A DNA stretch of 64,000 bases, taken from positions 1,364,001-1,428,000 of the forward strand of contig OY253672.1 in the NCBI GenBank assembly GCA_958009085.1. The letters run 5' to 3'. A model generated the notes under the pieces. It did no database searches, was not told where the DNA came from, and saw nothing but the letters and a program-made list of their open reading frames with translations. The position numbers were made by a program, and so were the translations under genes. The stretch is from Protoeuglena noctilucae (taxonomy: Eukaryota). Positions 46,607 to 61,408 of this stretch are shown in pieces (the first letter of the stretch is position 1; the number at the start of each line of letters is the position of its first letter).

Positions 46607-49600
46607 TCACCTCCACAGCTTCACCACCCCGTCCCTGCCGTACGTGACCAGCAGCCGGTCGCTGGCACCCAGCGCCCAGTCCATGCCCGCAATGGCGTCC
46701 CTGAGAGGAGAAGACGCATGGGTGACGGTGGATGTGTCATCCTTAGTGCTACTACTCACTACAAAGTAAACTACTTCACATGAAAGTATGATGATTGCAC
46801 ACCGTCGTTCCTCCTGTCCATCCCTCGACACCCCTGCCCACTCGCCTGTGGCACTGGTGGTCGGTCCGTCTCACGAGCGCGTCCCACCGCCGGACGGGCG
46901 GCTGTTTGCTCTGAGCCTCCGCCTCCCGCAGCCCCGCAGCCAGGGCACGGTCCACATGCACTGCCTCGTCCAACACAGGCACCCCATCCACCACGGACGT
47001 CCTGTGGGAAGACCGATGCAATGGTGCGATTGTTATCAATAACGATAGTAATTAGCGATGGTGAAATCGTCGTTATGAGAGCATGCAGGGGCTCGTGTGA
47101 TGACAGCAGCAGTCGCGGATCGCCACTCACAGCCACCTCACTGCACCCACACAAACCCTTACCACCACCCACACTGCACCACCCACCCACCCACTTCCTC
47201 ACCTGTACTGCACCGCCACCACACGCTGCAGGGCCTCCCCCGGGTCTCGCCCCGCCAACACCGCGACTTCCCTCGCCCGCGCAATCAAAGGGTCCAGTGC
47301 CGCCCCCCGCGTATGGCCAGGGTCCGGTGCTGGTGCTGCCGGTGCTGAGCGCGTGGCAGCCCCGGCACCCAGACCGGCACTGGGCCCGGAGAGCTGAGAG
47401 CCGCTTTGCGCGTCGTCCGCGTCACCGGAGATGGGGTAGATGAGGTCGTGGTAAGGGGCACTGGGGGCAGAGAGTTTGAGGAACTACACAGCTACTTATG
47501 GTAGTGAGCTATGTGGCTCAGCCCTGCCAAGCAAGGGACCAGCCTTGCGTCGCAAGTGCCCAGAGCTTGTTTTGGCGTCCTGTTCTCACCACATGAGGTA
47601 GCTGGCACCGGGGTCGTGCGGCACAAAGACGTGGACGGCGCGATCGGACCCGCCCACCAGGACCTCCCCCCCCGGCAGTGCCAGAACCGCGGACGGAACG
47701 TCAGAGCCGGCGCCAGAGCCGTCGCCCTGGGGAGCGGCGCCCGACGGGCCCCCGGCCGCCGCGGACCCCGGGACTGAGCCGCAGTGCACGAGGCGCGCGG
47801 TGGCGGTGCGGGGGGTGTCGGCGGCGCGGCGTGCGGGGTCGTTTGGGTCGACGTCGTCGGGGAGTAAGAGCGACAGCGGGGCGGTGGTTGCTGGGCTGGG
47901 GCTCGAGACTCCCAGGGACGTCCGGAGGACCTGGAGTGGTGGACAGGGGGGTTGCTGGGTTATTTTGACTGGCGAAAGTGAAGTGAGTACTAGGAAAGCG
48001 GTGGGACAGCAGACGGGGTCACATGGGTCGGATGCAAAGCCAAGAGCCACAGCACGTTCTTAGGCATGACAACAGCACGTCCCCTGTCATGGCGGCAGCA
48101 CGTGACGCACTCACCAGGGCCGGCACGCCCGTGGCCAGATCCCACAGCGACACCTCGCCCCCCCGCGTGCCCACCCAGGCGGCCGGCCCGGCGCTCCCCG
48201 CGGCCCGGGACCCCCGCGTCGGTGCCTGACTCAGGGGGTCGAGTGCCAGAGACTCCACAGGGACGTCGCCCGGGTGGCGCCACTGTGCAGCCGGTGCGCC
48301 CATACGCAGATCCCAGACAGACACAACGCCCGAGGAGGATCCCGTGAGGGCCCAGGAGGGGGCGCGGGAGGGGTCTGCCGCGAGGTGGGTGAGGCGGCCG
48401 TAGTGCGCGGACTGTCGCGACGACCACGCGGGGCCGGGAGACCACGCGCGGGGGTCCAGGATGTGGACGCCGTTGTCGGAGGAGAGGGCGAGGAGGCAGC
48501 CGGAGGAACCGAGGGGCTCCAGGCGCAGCGCGGAGGGCGCAGCGCGGGTCGCGGGAGAAGTTGGAGTGAGCGCCACGGTGTGTGCCACGGTCGGCGTGCC
48601 CTGCGCAGTAGCATTGTGCGGCTGCCCGGCGGGGGGCCTGTCGTCCGCGGCGGGCGCCCGGTCAAGGTCGTGCCACCGCACGGCGCCGTCCGCAGCGCCG
48701 ACCGCGATGACCGACTCCGTGACAAAGGCGGCGCTGCAGAGCGGCACATGGCCGTCTGGGCTGGCGGCGGGGGCGAGGCGCGCGAGGGCCCGCGGCTCCA
48801 GGTCCGCCTGCGCGCGCCGGCAGTCCCACACTGCGCCGTCTCCGTCGGCGGCGGCCGTGGCGATGAGGTGGCGGGAGGGCGAGACGGCCACGTCGCGTAT
48901 CGGGCGGGCGTGGTGGTGGAGGTGCGCGACGAGGACGCCGTTGGGGCGCCAGGGCGAGGCGGAGGAGCGGTCCTGGGTGGCCCAGTCCTGGGTGGGAAGG
49001 GTAGGGGGGTGATGGTGTCGGTGGCGGGAGAGGGGGTCGTGGCAGGCGTGGTGGGTGCCCTGTTATTAGCAGCATGTGATATGCATTTGCTTCGGTAACC
49101 TCACCGCGTGTCCCACCGCTGCTACGGAGCTGCCCAGCGGGGCTGCGATGGCGCTCGCGACCCCCCGGCGCGCGGCGGCCGCGTCATCGGCGGGTTTCGA
49201 ACCCCCGCCGCGCGCGGTCGAGGGGCTCCCAGCGGCCCTTGGCCCCAGACCCATGCGCAGTCGGTCTCGTATGCGCTGGTGGTCCTCCTGTGCCGTCCCA
49301 TGGCCACTCTCCACGACGCGGGCGACGTCCAGGAGAAGCCCTGAAGCAAGGCACGGGTAGCGCAGGTGGTTGCGAGGGTTACACGCTCACACCCCCGTCA
49401 GCAAGCGATGGTGGTGGCGAGGGTGGCGTGACAGGAGAGAGTAGATAGGGTGGCTTACCTGTGAAGACCTCCATAGGGACGTCCAGAGCGCCTTTCGCTG
49501 CCTTGGATGGGGCATATGCGTCGGGGTTCGCGACCACCGCCCCTCCGGTGCCAGTGAGGGTGTTAGTGAGGGTGCCAGAACCCGCGCCAGTCGTCAGGGG

Positions 49601-52600
49601 CGCGCGGGTGGCGGGCTGGGCCAGGAGGGCGCGCAGAGCGGCGCGGTGGCGGCTGTGCAGCGACGCGGCGTGGTCGCCGGTGCCTGCCATGGCGGCCAGC
49701 ACCGCCCAGCCGACATCCGTGGGGGCAGGCGCGCTTTCGCTGTTGACTGGCGACGGTGGCTGGGCCTGGCGAGCCCTGAAGAGCGGGGGAGGCTCCACCT
49801 GCACCTCTGCGAATGGAGGGTGTGTGGAACCCATGTACGTGTGGGACCAAGTTTGATTCATTTCACAAACGGAAGCGTGGACTGGGCTGTCCTGAGAGGT
49901 TCTAAGAGGTTGGGCTGAATAGGTTCGAGTCCTGGCGGCGCGCTCACCGAGGACCGGGGCGGAGAGCACGGCCTGCGCCCAGGGAGTGGGCCGGGTCGCG
50001 TGGAAGGACGAGGTGTGGCGGCCCGCGTCGCGGTCGGTGCCCGGGGCGGGGCGTGAGGCCGAGAACAGCACCCTGGCGTCCCTGCGATGGATGGGACAGT
50101 CGGCGATGTTCTGTGTAAGAAATGCTGACGAATAGGAGTCGAGTTCAGATGAGAGGTGAGGGAGACAGGACAAGTGGGCAGGGCAGCATTGGGGCTGTGC
50201 ACCCTGCACGGCATGACGTCAACCAGTCACACGAGCCTTCCCAACCAACCCATTGCCGTCCCTCCCTGCCCTGCGTCACGAGAGCGCCTCACCGGAGCCC
50301 CGCGAGGCCCAAGTTGGGGTCCAGGGCGGGCAGAGCCCCGCAGACAGCGGGGAGGAGCAGCGCAAAGGCCTCCGCGTCGCTCATTGCCCCCGCTACTGCG
50401 GCCAGCGCCTCACTGGCGCCCAGCCGAACCCAGGCCAGGCGGTGGTGGAGGGCAGAGAGCGCGAGGGGCACGGCGCGCGCCCTCACGGCATCTGCCATGC
50501 CCCCGCACCCTGCCACGCTCGCCAGCACCCGCAGAGCCTCGCCCGCCACCCCCGCCCACTCCCCCGACCCCGCACGCGCTCCCCGCCCGACCGACTCCCC
50601 CTCCGCCTCCGCCTCGCTCTCCTGCGCCTGACGCAGGCACTCGAGCGCCAGGAACTGCACCCGCGCACCGACACGCCCCGACACCCGATGCCCCTCAAAA
50701 GCCCCCTTCCCTTCCTCCGCGTCCCCACCACCCCCGTCCTGCCCCTTGTCCTCATGTGCCACGTCCCTCGCTCCCTCAATGGCTCCACGGCACGCCCGCA
50801 GCATCACCGCCGTGCTCCCGGGGTCGCCCTCCGCCAGAATCTGAAACATGGCTGCCAGGAACTCTTCGCCCTCCCTCGAGGTCTTAGCCCTGACGCTGTC
50901 GTGACTTCCATCCACTTGCTGCCCCTCCCTCGCGCTGCCCGCCCTGGACGGCCGCCCAGCGATCTCTGCCAACCCCTCCCCATCCTCCCACACAGCGATG
51001 GCGTCACTTCCACCCCAGAGCGCCACTGGGGCCACCGCAGCTCTCGCGTGGGCTGCCTGAGGCCGCCTCGACGACAGCAGTCGGCGCAGTTCGCTCCGCA
51101 CCAGCGACCCCAGCTGCTGCCTCCCCGTCGCACCGCCCATCGCACTACCTGCGCCCCCCTCTGCCCTGTCCGTGCCACCCTCCCCCAGCCCCTCGCCCCC
51201 GATGCGCCCCGCCACCGCCAGCAGCAATGACGCGTACTCCGCCACGGCACCGGGGGAGGGGTCCTCCGAGAGCACCGACACGGCTGGCAGGACGTACGAC
51301 GCCAGAACACGCGTTTCGGCCTCCGAGCGTGCGTCCGGGACCAGCAGCACGATCTCCGCAATGCCCCGGGCGGAGAGCGCGCGGACGGGGGCGTGGCGCG
51401 ACCGCAGGCCCCACAGGAGGTGCGGGAGGGCCCAGTCGCCCGTGGGCCCTCGGGTCAGCGTGCCAGTACACGCCAGAGCCCTGGTGACGCATCGGAGCAT
51501 GCGCAGGGCTGAGAGGGCTCCGGGGGCCGTCTCCGCACCCTGGACGCAGGCGCAGAGCAGAGGCACGAGCAGGGACACGCAATCCATGGCAGATGTCACT
51601 GGTACAGCCCTGGCACTGGTGCCTTCTGCTTGTGACGAGGACTGTGGGGCAACGTGTCCGTCGCTTGCCCCATTACCACCACCCGCATCTCCCCTATCTG
51701 GTTGCTCCGCGTCAGCCTGGCCACCGCTCACGTCACCTGACACCATCGGCCCATCGCCGGATGGGCCAGCCCCCGCCCCGCCCCTCTCCTGCCCAACACC
51801 CTCCGGCCCTGATCCAATCCCGCGCCCGTCGTCACTGCTTCCTCCCACCACGCCCTCATCCACCACCGCCCGCCCGGCCGCGACAGCCGCAGCCATGACC
51901 GCCACCGCCCTCGCCGCCACCCCACACTCCGCCATGCCCCTTGCCACCCTCTCCATCCGCTCCGCCAACGGTTGCTCCGCCACCTGGCCCTCCCTGTCCG
52001 CCCCCCTCTTTGCACCGTCTTTCCTCGTCGTTACACGACCCCCATGGTCCCCCACGCAGACGTCGCTCTCCGTGACCCGCACCCGCACCGCACGCCCCGC
52101 CCGGGTCGCGACCCGCGCCTCTCGGCAGAGCCTCGTGAGCACCGGATCGTCCCTCGCCTCGCTGCCACCCTCGTTCACGATGGCCTCGAGGGACCCCACC
52201 AGGCCCTGCCTCACTAGCTCGACCCTGTGGTCGCCCGCCGCAGCGACTGTGGCAGTGACCAGCGGCGATACGGCCGCACCGAACGCGGCGGGGAACACCT
52301 CGGGGCCGTAAATGCGGAGGCAGTCGGCGGCTGACGGTCGGGAGGTGGGGTCGCGAGAGAGCATGGCCGTGAGCATCGACGTCACGGGGCCCGGGGGCAG
52401 GTGGAGCGGTGCGAGGAGAGACGACGCCGAGTCGGAGCTCTTGCAGTACGCGAGGAGCTGCGGAGACGACGGGAGGGTAGCCATGGAGCATGCACAGATG
52501 GATGTGCGAGAGAGTGCGGAAAGCGCAGGGCAACTGTGTCCCGACGCTGCCCGGCGCAGCACAGGCATTCGTCAGGATGCAACGGCACTCGTCGGCATCA

Positions 52601-53846
52601 TCCTCGCTCACCCTGCTGAGGTCCATCCACACTTGCCCGTCGAGCAAGAGCTCGACGATGGCGCAACCGAGCGAGAAGACATCACTCGCGGGGGACAGCC
52701 CGTCGGCGCCGGGCGGCGCTGCGTCCAGCAACAGCGACGGCGCCCCCGCCCGATGCTGCTGCCCGGCCTGCCCCGGCGCCCCCATGAAGCGCTCCGGGGC
52801 AATGTACCCACGCCTCTGACCGTCCGTGTCGAAAAGAAGAGAGTAGAGCGCTGGGCTGTCAGCGGGGAGGTGCGTGGGCTTGTAGAGCGCGAAATCAGCC
52901 AGAGCGACAGCAAACCACGACGTGACCAGGAAGTTCTCGAGCTTGATGTCGCCGTGGGTCAGCCCAGCCTCGTGCGCGTCTGCCACCGCAGCTAGCATCT
53001 GGAACGCGAGCCAAAGCTTCTCTGCGGAATACACGAGATGAAAGGACTGTTTCAGCGTAGTCACTCTGCTGCTACTGCTGCTGCGTTGTGTAAGGAGGGG
53101 TCTGCTGTTGGGCAGGCAGCAGTTGACGGCCCTCACCGACTCCGGAGAGGAAGGGCCGCGTGCTGAGGCGGTCGTACACGGTGCTGAATGCATACTGTCG
53201 GACTTGCACGACGGCGGAGTCGGTGAGGACGACCTCCAAAGGCGGCACGAGGCGCAGCACGCGGGACGGGGGCAGCGAGGCGAGCGTGCGGTTGGTCGCG
53301 TCCAGCGCGGCAAGCGCCCCGAAGAGCTCCGCATCTTCATCCGCCGCGCCGGATTTGACAAACACTTTGGCGACGACGGGGCTCCCGGCGCGCGTGCACA
53401 AGAAAGACCTGCGGGCGGGGACGCGGCCAGGGGCGCCGTTCGAGCCGCCTTTGGCTGGCGCTCGATGAAGCGTTAGGTAGATGACATTCAAAACGATGCT
53501 GCCATCAATGCCACGCGCCACAGGGACCGCCGGGACGTTCGGCAGGGGGCCCGCGGCGCAGCGCCACCTCACTTGATGCATCTCCCACCGCCGAGCGCCT
53601 CCCGGTGTACGACGTCCGGAAGCTCTGCCAGCACATCCACCTCCGAGACCTGAGGGAACGTCCCGAAAACGCTGCTGTCGGCGCGGCTGTGCCCCGTCCC
53701 TAACGAGGCGAAGTTCAAGGCCTAGAACCCATTCGTGCGCGGGTGGGATATCCCCTTGGTGTAATCAAAGCCCAGTCTATCTCTGCAAGGGTCCAAGCAG
53801 CTCGAGAAGTCACCTTCGGGGGCCCCGTGGACAGACGGTTTCCCAT
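46607..53846 (-). CDS. VPS15: PI3K complex regulatory kinase VPS15 (kinase-HEAT-WD40)
   Basis: MGNRLSTGPPK|VSEVDVL...LGGGRCIK|SFLC...VVAKVFVK, RQYAFSTVYDRLSTRPFL, EKLWLAFQML, HGDIKLENFLVTSW and YIAPERF. The C-terminal WD40 ends LLVTYGRDGVVKLWR*. Confidence 0.93.
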
Positions 53847-54146
53847 AACGACGCGCTGGGGCCTTCACAACTACATATTGGGATCCGACAAGGTAGATGC
53901 AGCCACCTGATGGGGTAAACTTCCGCGAGGACCAGCCCGCACTCTCGCAGAAAGCGATGCCTGCGCCCTCGACACAGGCGCAAGCCCAGCTCTGCGTCAG
54001 CCGCCCATATGCACAGCTGAGCAGCAGGCCGGCCTGCAGTTTGAAGGCCTGTCATTTTCGGGCCGCTGATTGACTGAGCTTTCACTTATTAGGTCGCGAG
54101 CTCCCGATTGCACAGCCCTCCCGTGCACGGCTTTTTAGGCGATGCG

Positions 54147-56202
54147 ATGTCGCCAGCGGTGCTCCGACGGTCCGTCGCGAGCCTGGTCCGGCAGCATGGG
54201 CCAGAGAGCCATGTGGGATTGGCAGTGCTGCTCCCCGGCGTGGGGAGCGTAGGGAGCTCCTCGCCCGCGCCGAGTCTCGCCCAGCAGCGGATGCAGCACG
54301 ACGCGAGCTCATCTGAGAACTACGATGTCGTGATCGTCGGGGGCGGCATGGTCGGGGCAGCGCTGGCGTCGAGACTTCGTAGCCAGGAGCGCACCCGCCA
54401 CTTCTCCGTCCTCCTGGTGACGAACGCGAGGCTCGCGCTTCGTGAACGCCAGCCCATTTGACTTGTATAGGTTTTCTCTCGCCCACGAGGTCGATGATTC
54501 GTCCATCGACCCACGGCGGGGGCGAGGAGGTCGATATGAAAGGCTGGCTACAGTTGGCGCCTTGATTCGGGAAACGCAGGCTCATCCATGGCAGCCTTCC
54601 TCTCTACGCAGTTGGATCAAGGGAAGATGCCGGAGATGTTGCCGGAGAGGCCCCCGGATGAGCCCCCGTCCATCCGTGTGAGCACCATGACCTACCAAAG
54701 CGTCCAATTCGCCCAGCGCTGCGGAGTCTGGAAGGCCATCGAGCCCTACGCGGCAGGCTTCTCGTCCATGCAAGTCTGGGAGGCGTCAGGCCGCGGCTGC
54801 ATCAGGCGAGTGGGACCGGCCGTGCTCGTAGTCGCGCACAGCTGGCCCCGTAGGATCTCCAGCGATGCCACGTGCTCAACCAGCGCCTTTCGATCAACAC
54901 GACTCCGTCTCCAAGCAGGTGGGACTCGATGGATCTGGGCCTCGACACTATGGGGCACGTGGTGGAGAACGCAGTTATCCAAGCGGCCTTTATGCCAAGG
55001 GGCGAGGGCCCTGGCCATTTCGAAGTCGAGTTTGGGAGAGGAGTGGACAGCCTGCGGCTGCCGGGAGAGGGCAGGCCCGGTGAGCTCGGCAAGGACGACC
55101 CCGCGTTGGGCGGGGCAGGCGCCAAGGATCGCAACGGCTTCGCCAGCCTCACTTTGTGGGGAGGCCGGCACGTGTCCGCCAGGCTCGTGGTGGCCGCCGA
55201 CGGCGCGAACTCCAAGCTCCGCGGCATGGCGGGGATCGCGTGCAGCTCCAAGGACTACGGCCAAGTGGGCGTGACGTTCACGGTGCGGACGCATGAGCCC
55301 AACAACGCTGCCTGGCAGAAGTTCCTCCCGACGGGCCCCATCGCGGTGCTGCCGGTGCGCGGGGGCTATTCCAACGTCGTATGGTCCACGTCGCCTGACA
55401 TGGCCCAGCGTCTCTTGACCCTCTCGGGTGCGGACTTGGCGGCGGCGGTGCGGCGTGCTCTCGAGTTCGACGAGCCCAGCGGTCCAGATGGTTTCGTTGG
55501 CTTCCTGCGCAAGAGGATCGCTACGGGTCCGGCCGAGGCGTTCGCAGCGCCCCCTGAGATCCTGGAGCACATGGGCGAGGCACCCCGTGCCTTCCCGCTC
55601 AGGTGAGGGTCGGCTAAGGTGGCGTTGGGTCTCGCGAGTGGGCACACGTGACTGCGCACTGGAACGCGGCGGTGTATTGAGTAGCGAGGGCGCTGCTTTG
55701 ACCAACCCTGGACCAACCGAGGATGTCGATGTCGGTGGCTCGCAGGGCGCTCCATGCAGAGAAGTACGTGGCGCCTCGCTTGGCGCTCGTGGGCGATGCG
55801 GCACACGCAGTGCATCCCCTTGCGGGTCAGGGAGTGAACCTGGGCCTGGGGGACGCTGCGGCGTTGGCGGAGGCGCTGGAGGGGGCGGCGGCGGAGGGGG
55901 CCGACTTTGGCGACGCGTCGTGGCTGACGGAGCGCTACGAGGCGCCGCGGAAGGTGGCCAACATGGCGATGATGGAGGCCTTGGATGGCATCCGCTCGAC
56001 GTTCGCCGTGCAGCTGGGGCCCATGCGCGCGCTGCGGGGCCTTGGGTTGGACGCCCTCAACGAGGCGCGGCCCGTCAAGGCCGCCATCATGGGCTATGCG
56101 ATGGGGCTGGACACGGAGGAGATCTCACGGCGCCTGCCTGGCGTGCAGATCCCAGAGGAGCTGCGCCGGGCCATCTTCCACCCCGGCTCACGTGGTGTCT
56201 GA
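54147..56202 (+). CDS. COQ6: Ubiquinone biosynthesis monooxygenase COQ6 (UbiH/COQ6 family)
   Basis: YDVVIVGGGMVGAALA, LVVAADGANSKLR, AWQKFLPTGPIAVLP and LVGDAAHAVHPLAGQGVNLGLGD. Mitochondrial-type presequence. Confidence 0.93.
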
Positions 56203-56401
56203 CGCTGACGGTGCTTGTGGAAGGTGCTCGCCTTCAATTCTTGAAATCTTTGCTGTGGCAGCTGACGGAAGACACTCGCGCATGCATCGCCGTCTCGTTG
56301 GGCGCAATCTTCTCGTGTTCGCATTGTGACGGTGGTAGCGCAGCAAGGAAGAGAGGCGAAAGTGCGCTGAGTTTGCTGTAACTGCGGCTCGTGCGTGAGA
56401 A

Positions 56402-57246
56402 ATGGCCATCGCGGCGAGGAATCCGTTCATCGGGAGCCGCCCCGTGTGCCGCGCTGCTAAGAAGTGCGCGCCAACTGTTGTGCACGCCCTCCCTTCCGCC
56501 ACGGAGGCTGCAGCCCGGGCCGCTAGCATCACGGCGTCGATGATATTGGTGGCCTCGCTGGCCAGCCCAGCGCATGCCTTGTCAGGTGCCGGATGGAGCG
56601 CGGGGACATGGATTGTCTTGCACTGGCTGAAACGCAGACCTCGTCGATGGCGTCCACGGCCAGCGACGTGCATTGTCCTGCACTCGCGGGGACGCAGACC
56701 TCGTTGATTGCGTCCCTGGCCTCGCGTGCAGGCGGCGGCAAGAGCCTGGGGATCGCAAAGCCTCTCGATGGGGAGGACCTGTCCAACCGAGACCTCACCA
56801 GCATCGCATTCACCAAGGGCTCTGCCCGAGAGACCAATTTTTCCGGCTCCAACCTCCGGGGCACGTCGCTGTTCGGCGTGGAGGCCATCGGTGCCAAGTT
56901 CGTGGGTGCGGACCTCTCTGGGGCGACGCTCGAGCTGGGTAACTTCGAGTCGGCTGACTTCACGGATGCGGTGCTGGAGGGGGCCTTCGTGCAAGCAGCG
57001 GCCTTCAAGGGCGCGAAGCTGACCAACTCGGACTGGACGGACGGTGAGCGATGGGAAGGCTGGGTCCCGTCCGCCGTGCCATGTGCATTGGGCATGTAAT
57101 TGGGGTGACCTCGATGCCGATGCGCCTTTCATCCCGCAGTGCTGCTCCGTAAGGATCAGCTGACGGCCCTGTGCTCCAACAAGACCGCGACGGGCGTCAA
57201 CCCTAAGACGGGGGTGGCGACGAGGGAGAGCCTCAACTGCCCATGA
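56402..57246 (+). CDS. Thylakoid-lumen pentapeptide-repeat protein (TL15/TL17-like)
   Basis: Bipartite transit peptide ending in AHA, pentapeptide repeats (SNLRG, ADLSG, ADFTD, AVLEG), and a C-terminus LCSNKTATGVNPKTGVATRESLNCP*. Confidence 0.9.
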
Positions 57247-57459
57247 AGGATAGCTTGTCCAGCAGCGTCAGGGCAGCGATGGTACAGGTGGCATTGCTTT
57301 GCGTGGGGTGCCCCAGATTGCGATTGAAACAGTGTGAACAACTCGCACCGACGCGCTCGCCCATGTCGGGCCCTCTGCCTGCCACCACCCCACAAATGCC
57401 AAGCACTGTTACAAGACAGGCAGCCCACCATCGCCTCCCGCCTGCATCTCGCCCTCATC

Positions 57460-60860
<3,401 letters not shown>

Positions 60861-61408
60861 GGTGACCCGATATCAGCTGCGGCCCGCTGGCCGGGCACGT
60901 CCGGGGCTTCCGGTAAGTTTCCTTCGAGGACCCCGCGCGCTCCAGGGGGCCCGAGCTCGGGAACACGCGCAGTTCCGCACCAGCAATGCAGAACGCGTGC
61001 CAGCTAGCGCAGGCAGCTAGGAGGATGCCCACGGCAGCCAACTGAGGCTACGGTGCCCTGGCGGCAACGACTGGGAGGGGCTCGAGGCACGTGCGAGATC
61101 TAGTGGCCATACCTGGACCGGGGCTGCCTAACGGGACTCGCTGTTGGCATCCGAAAAGCCGTGCCAGCGACACGTCCACGTTGACGCAGCTAAAGTCCCA
61201 GGATTCACCAGCTCTGCGCAGTGTTGCGGTCCCAACGACAACTCCTTTCGCAGTCCTCAACAATCAGCGACGTTCCTCCTTTGTTTGACGCGGACCCAGC
61301 ACCTCAACCGCGGCTGCAGCCCACCGCCCTGCTCCTTGGGCGAAGAGACGCGTTGGTTGAGAGGCCTGTGAGCCTTGCTTGCAGCCCGCCCATGCCTCGC
61401 ATGAGGAG

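Noticed and set aside
49885..49945. tRNA-like GAGAGGTTCTAAG...GGTTCGAGTCC (A/B-box look-alike)
   Set aside because: There is no room for an anticodon arm and no acceptor stem, and it lies antisense to a VPS15 coding exon.
10889..53846. Functional clustering of autophagy genes (ATG12, VPS15) or ciliary genes
   Set aside because: They are separated by many unrelated housekeeping genes, which is consistent with chance.
61105..61260. ATACCTGGACCGGGG resembling the 5' end of U1 snRNA
   Set aside because: It lacks ACTTACCTG, the U1 loop motifs and an Sm site.
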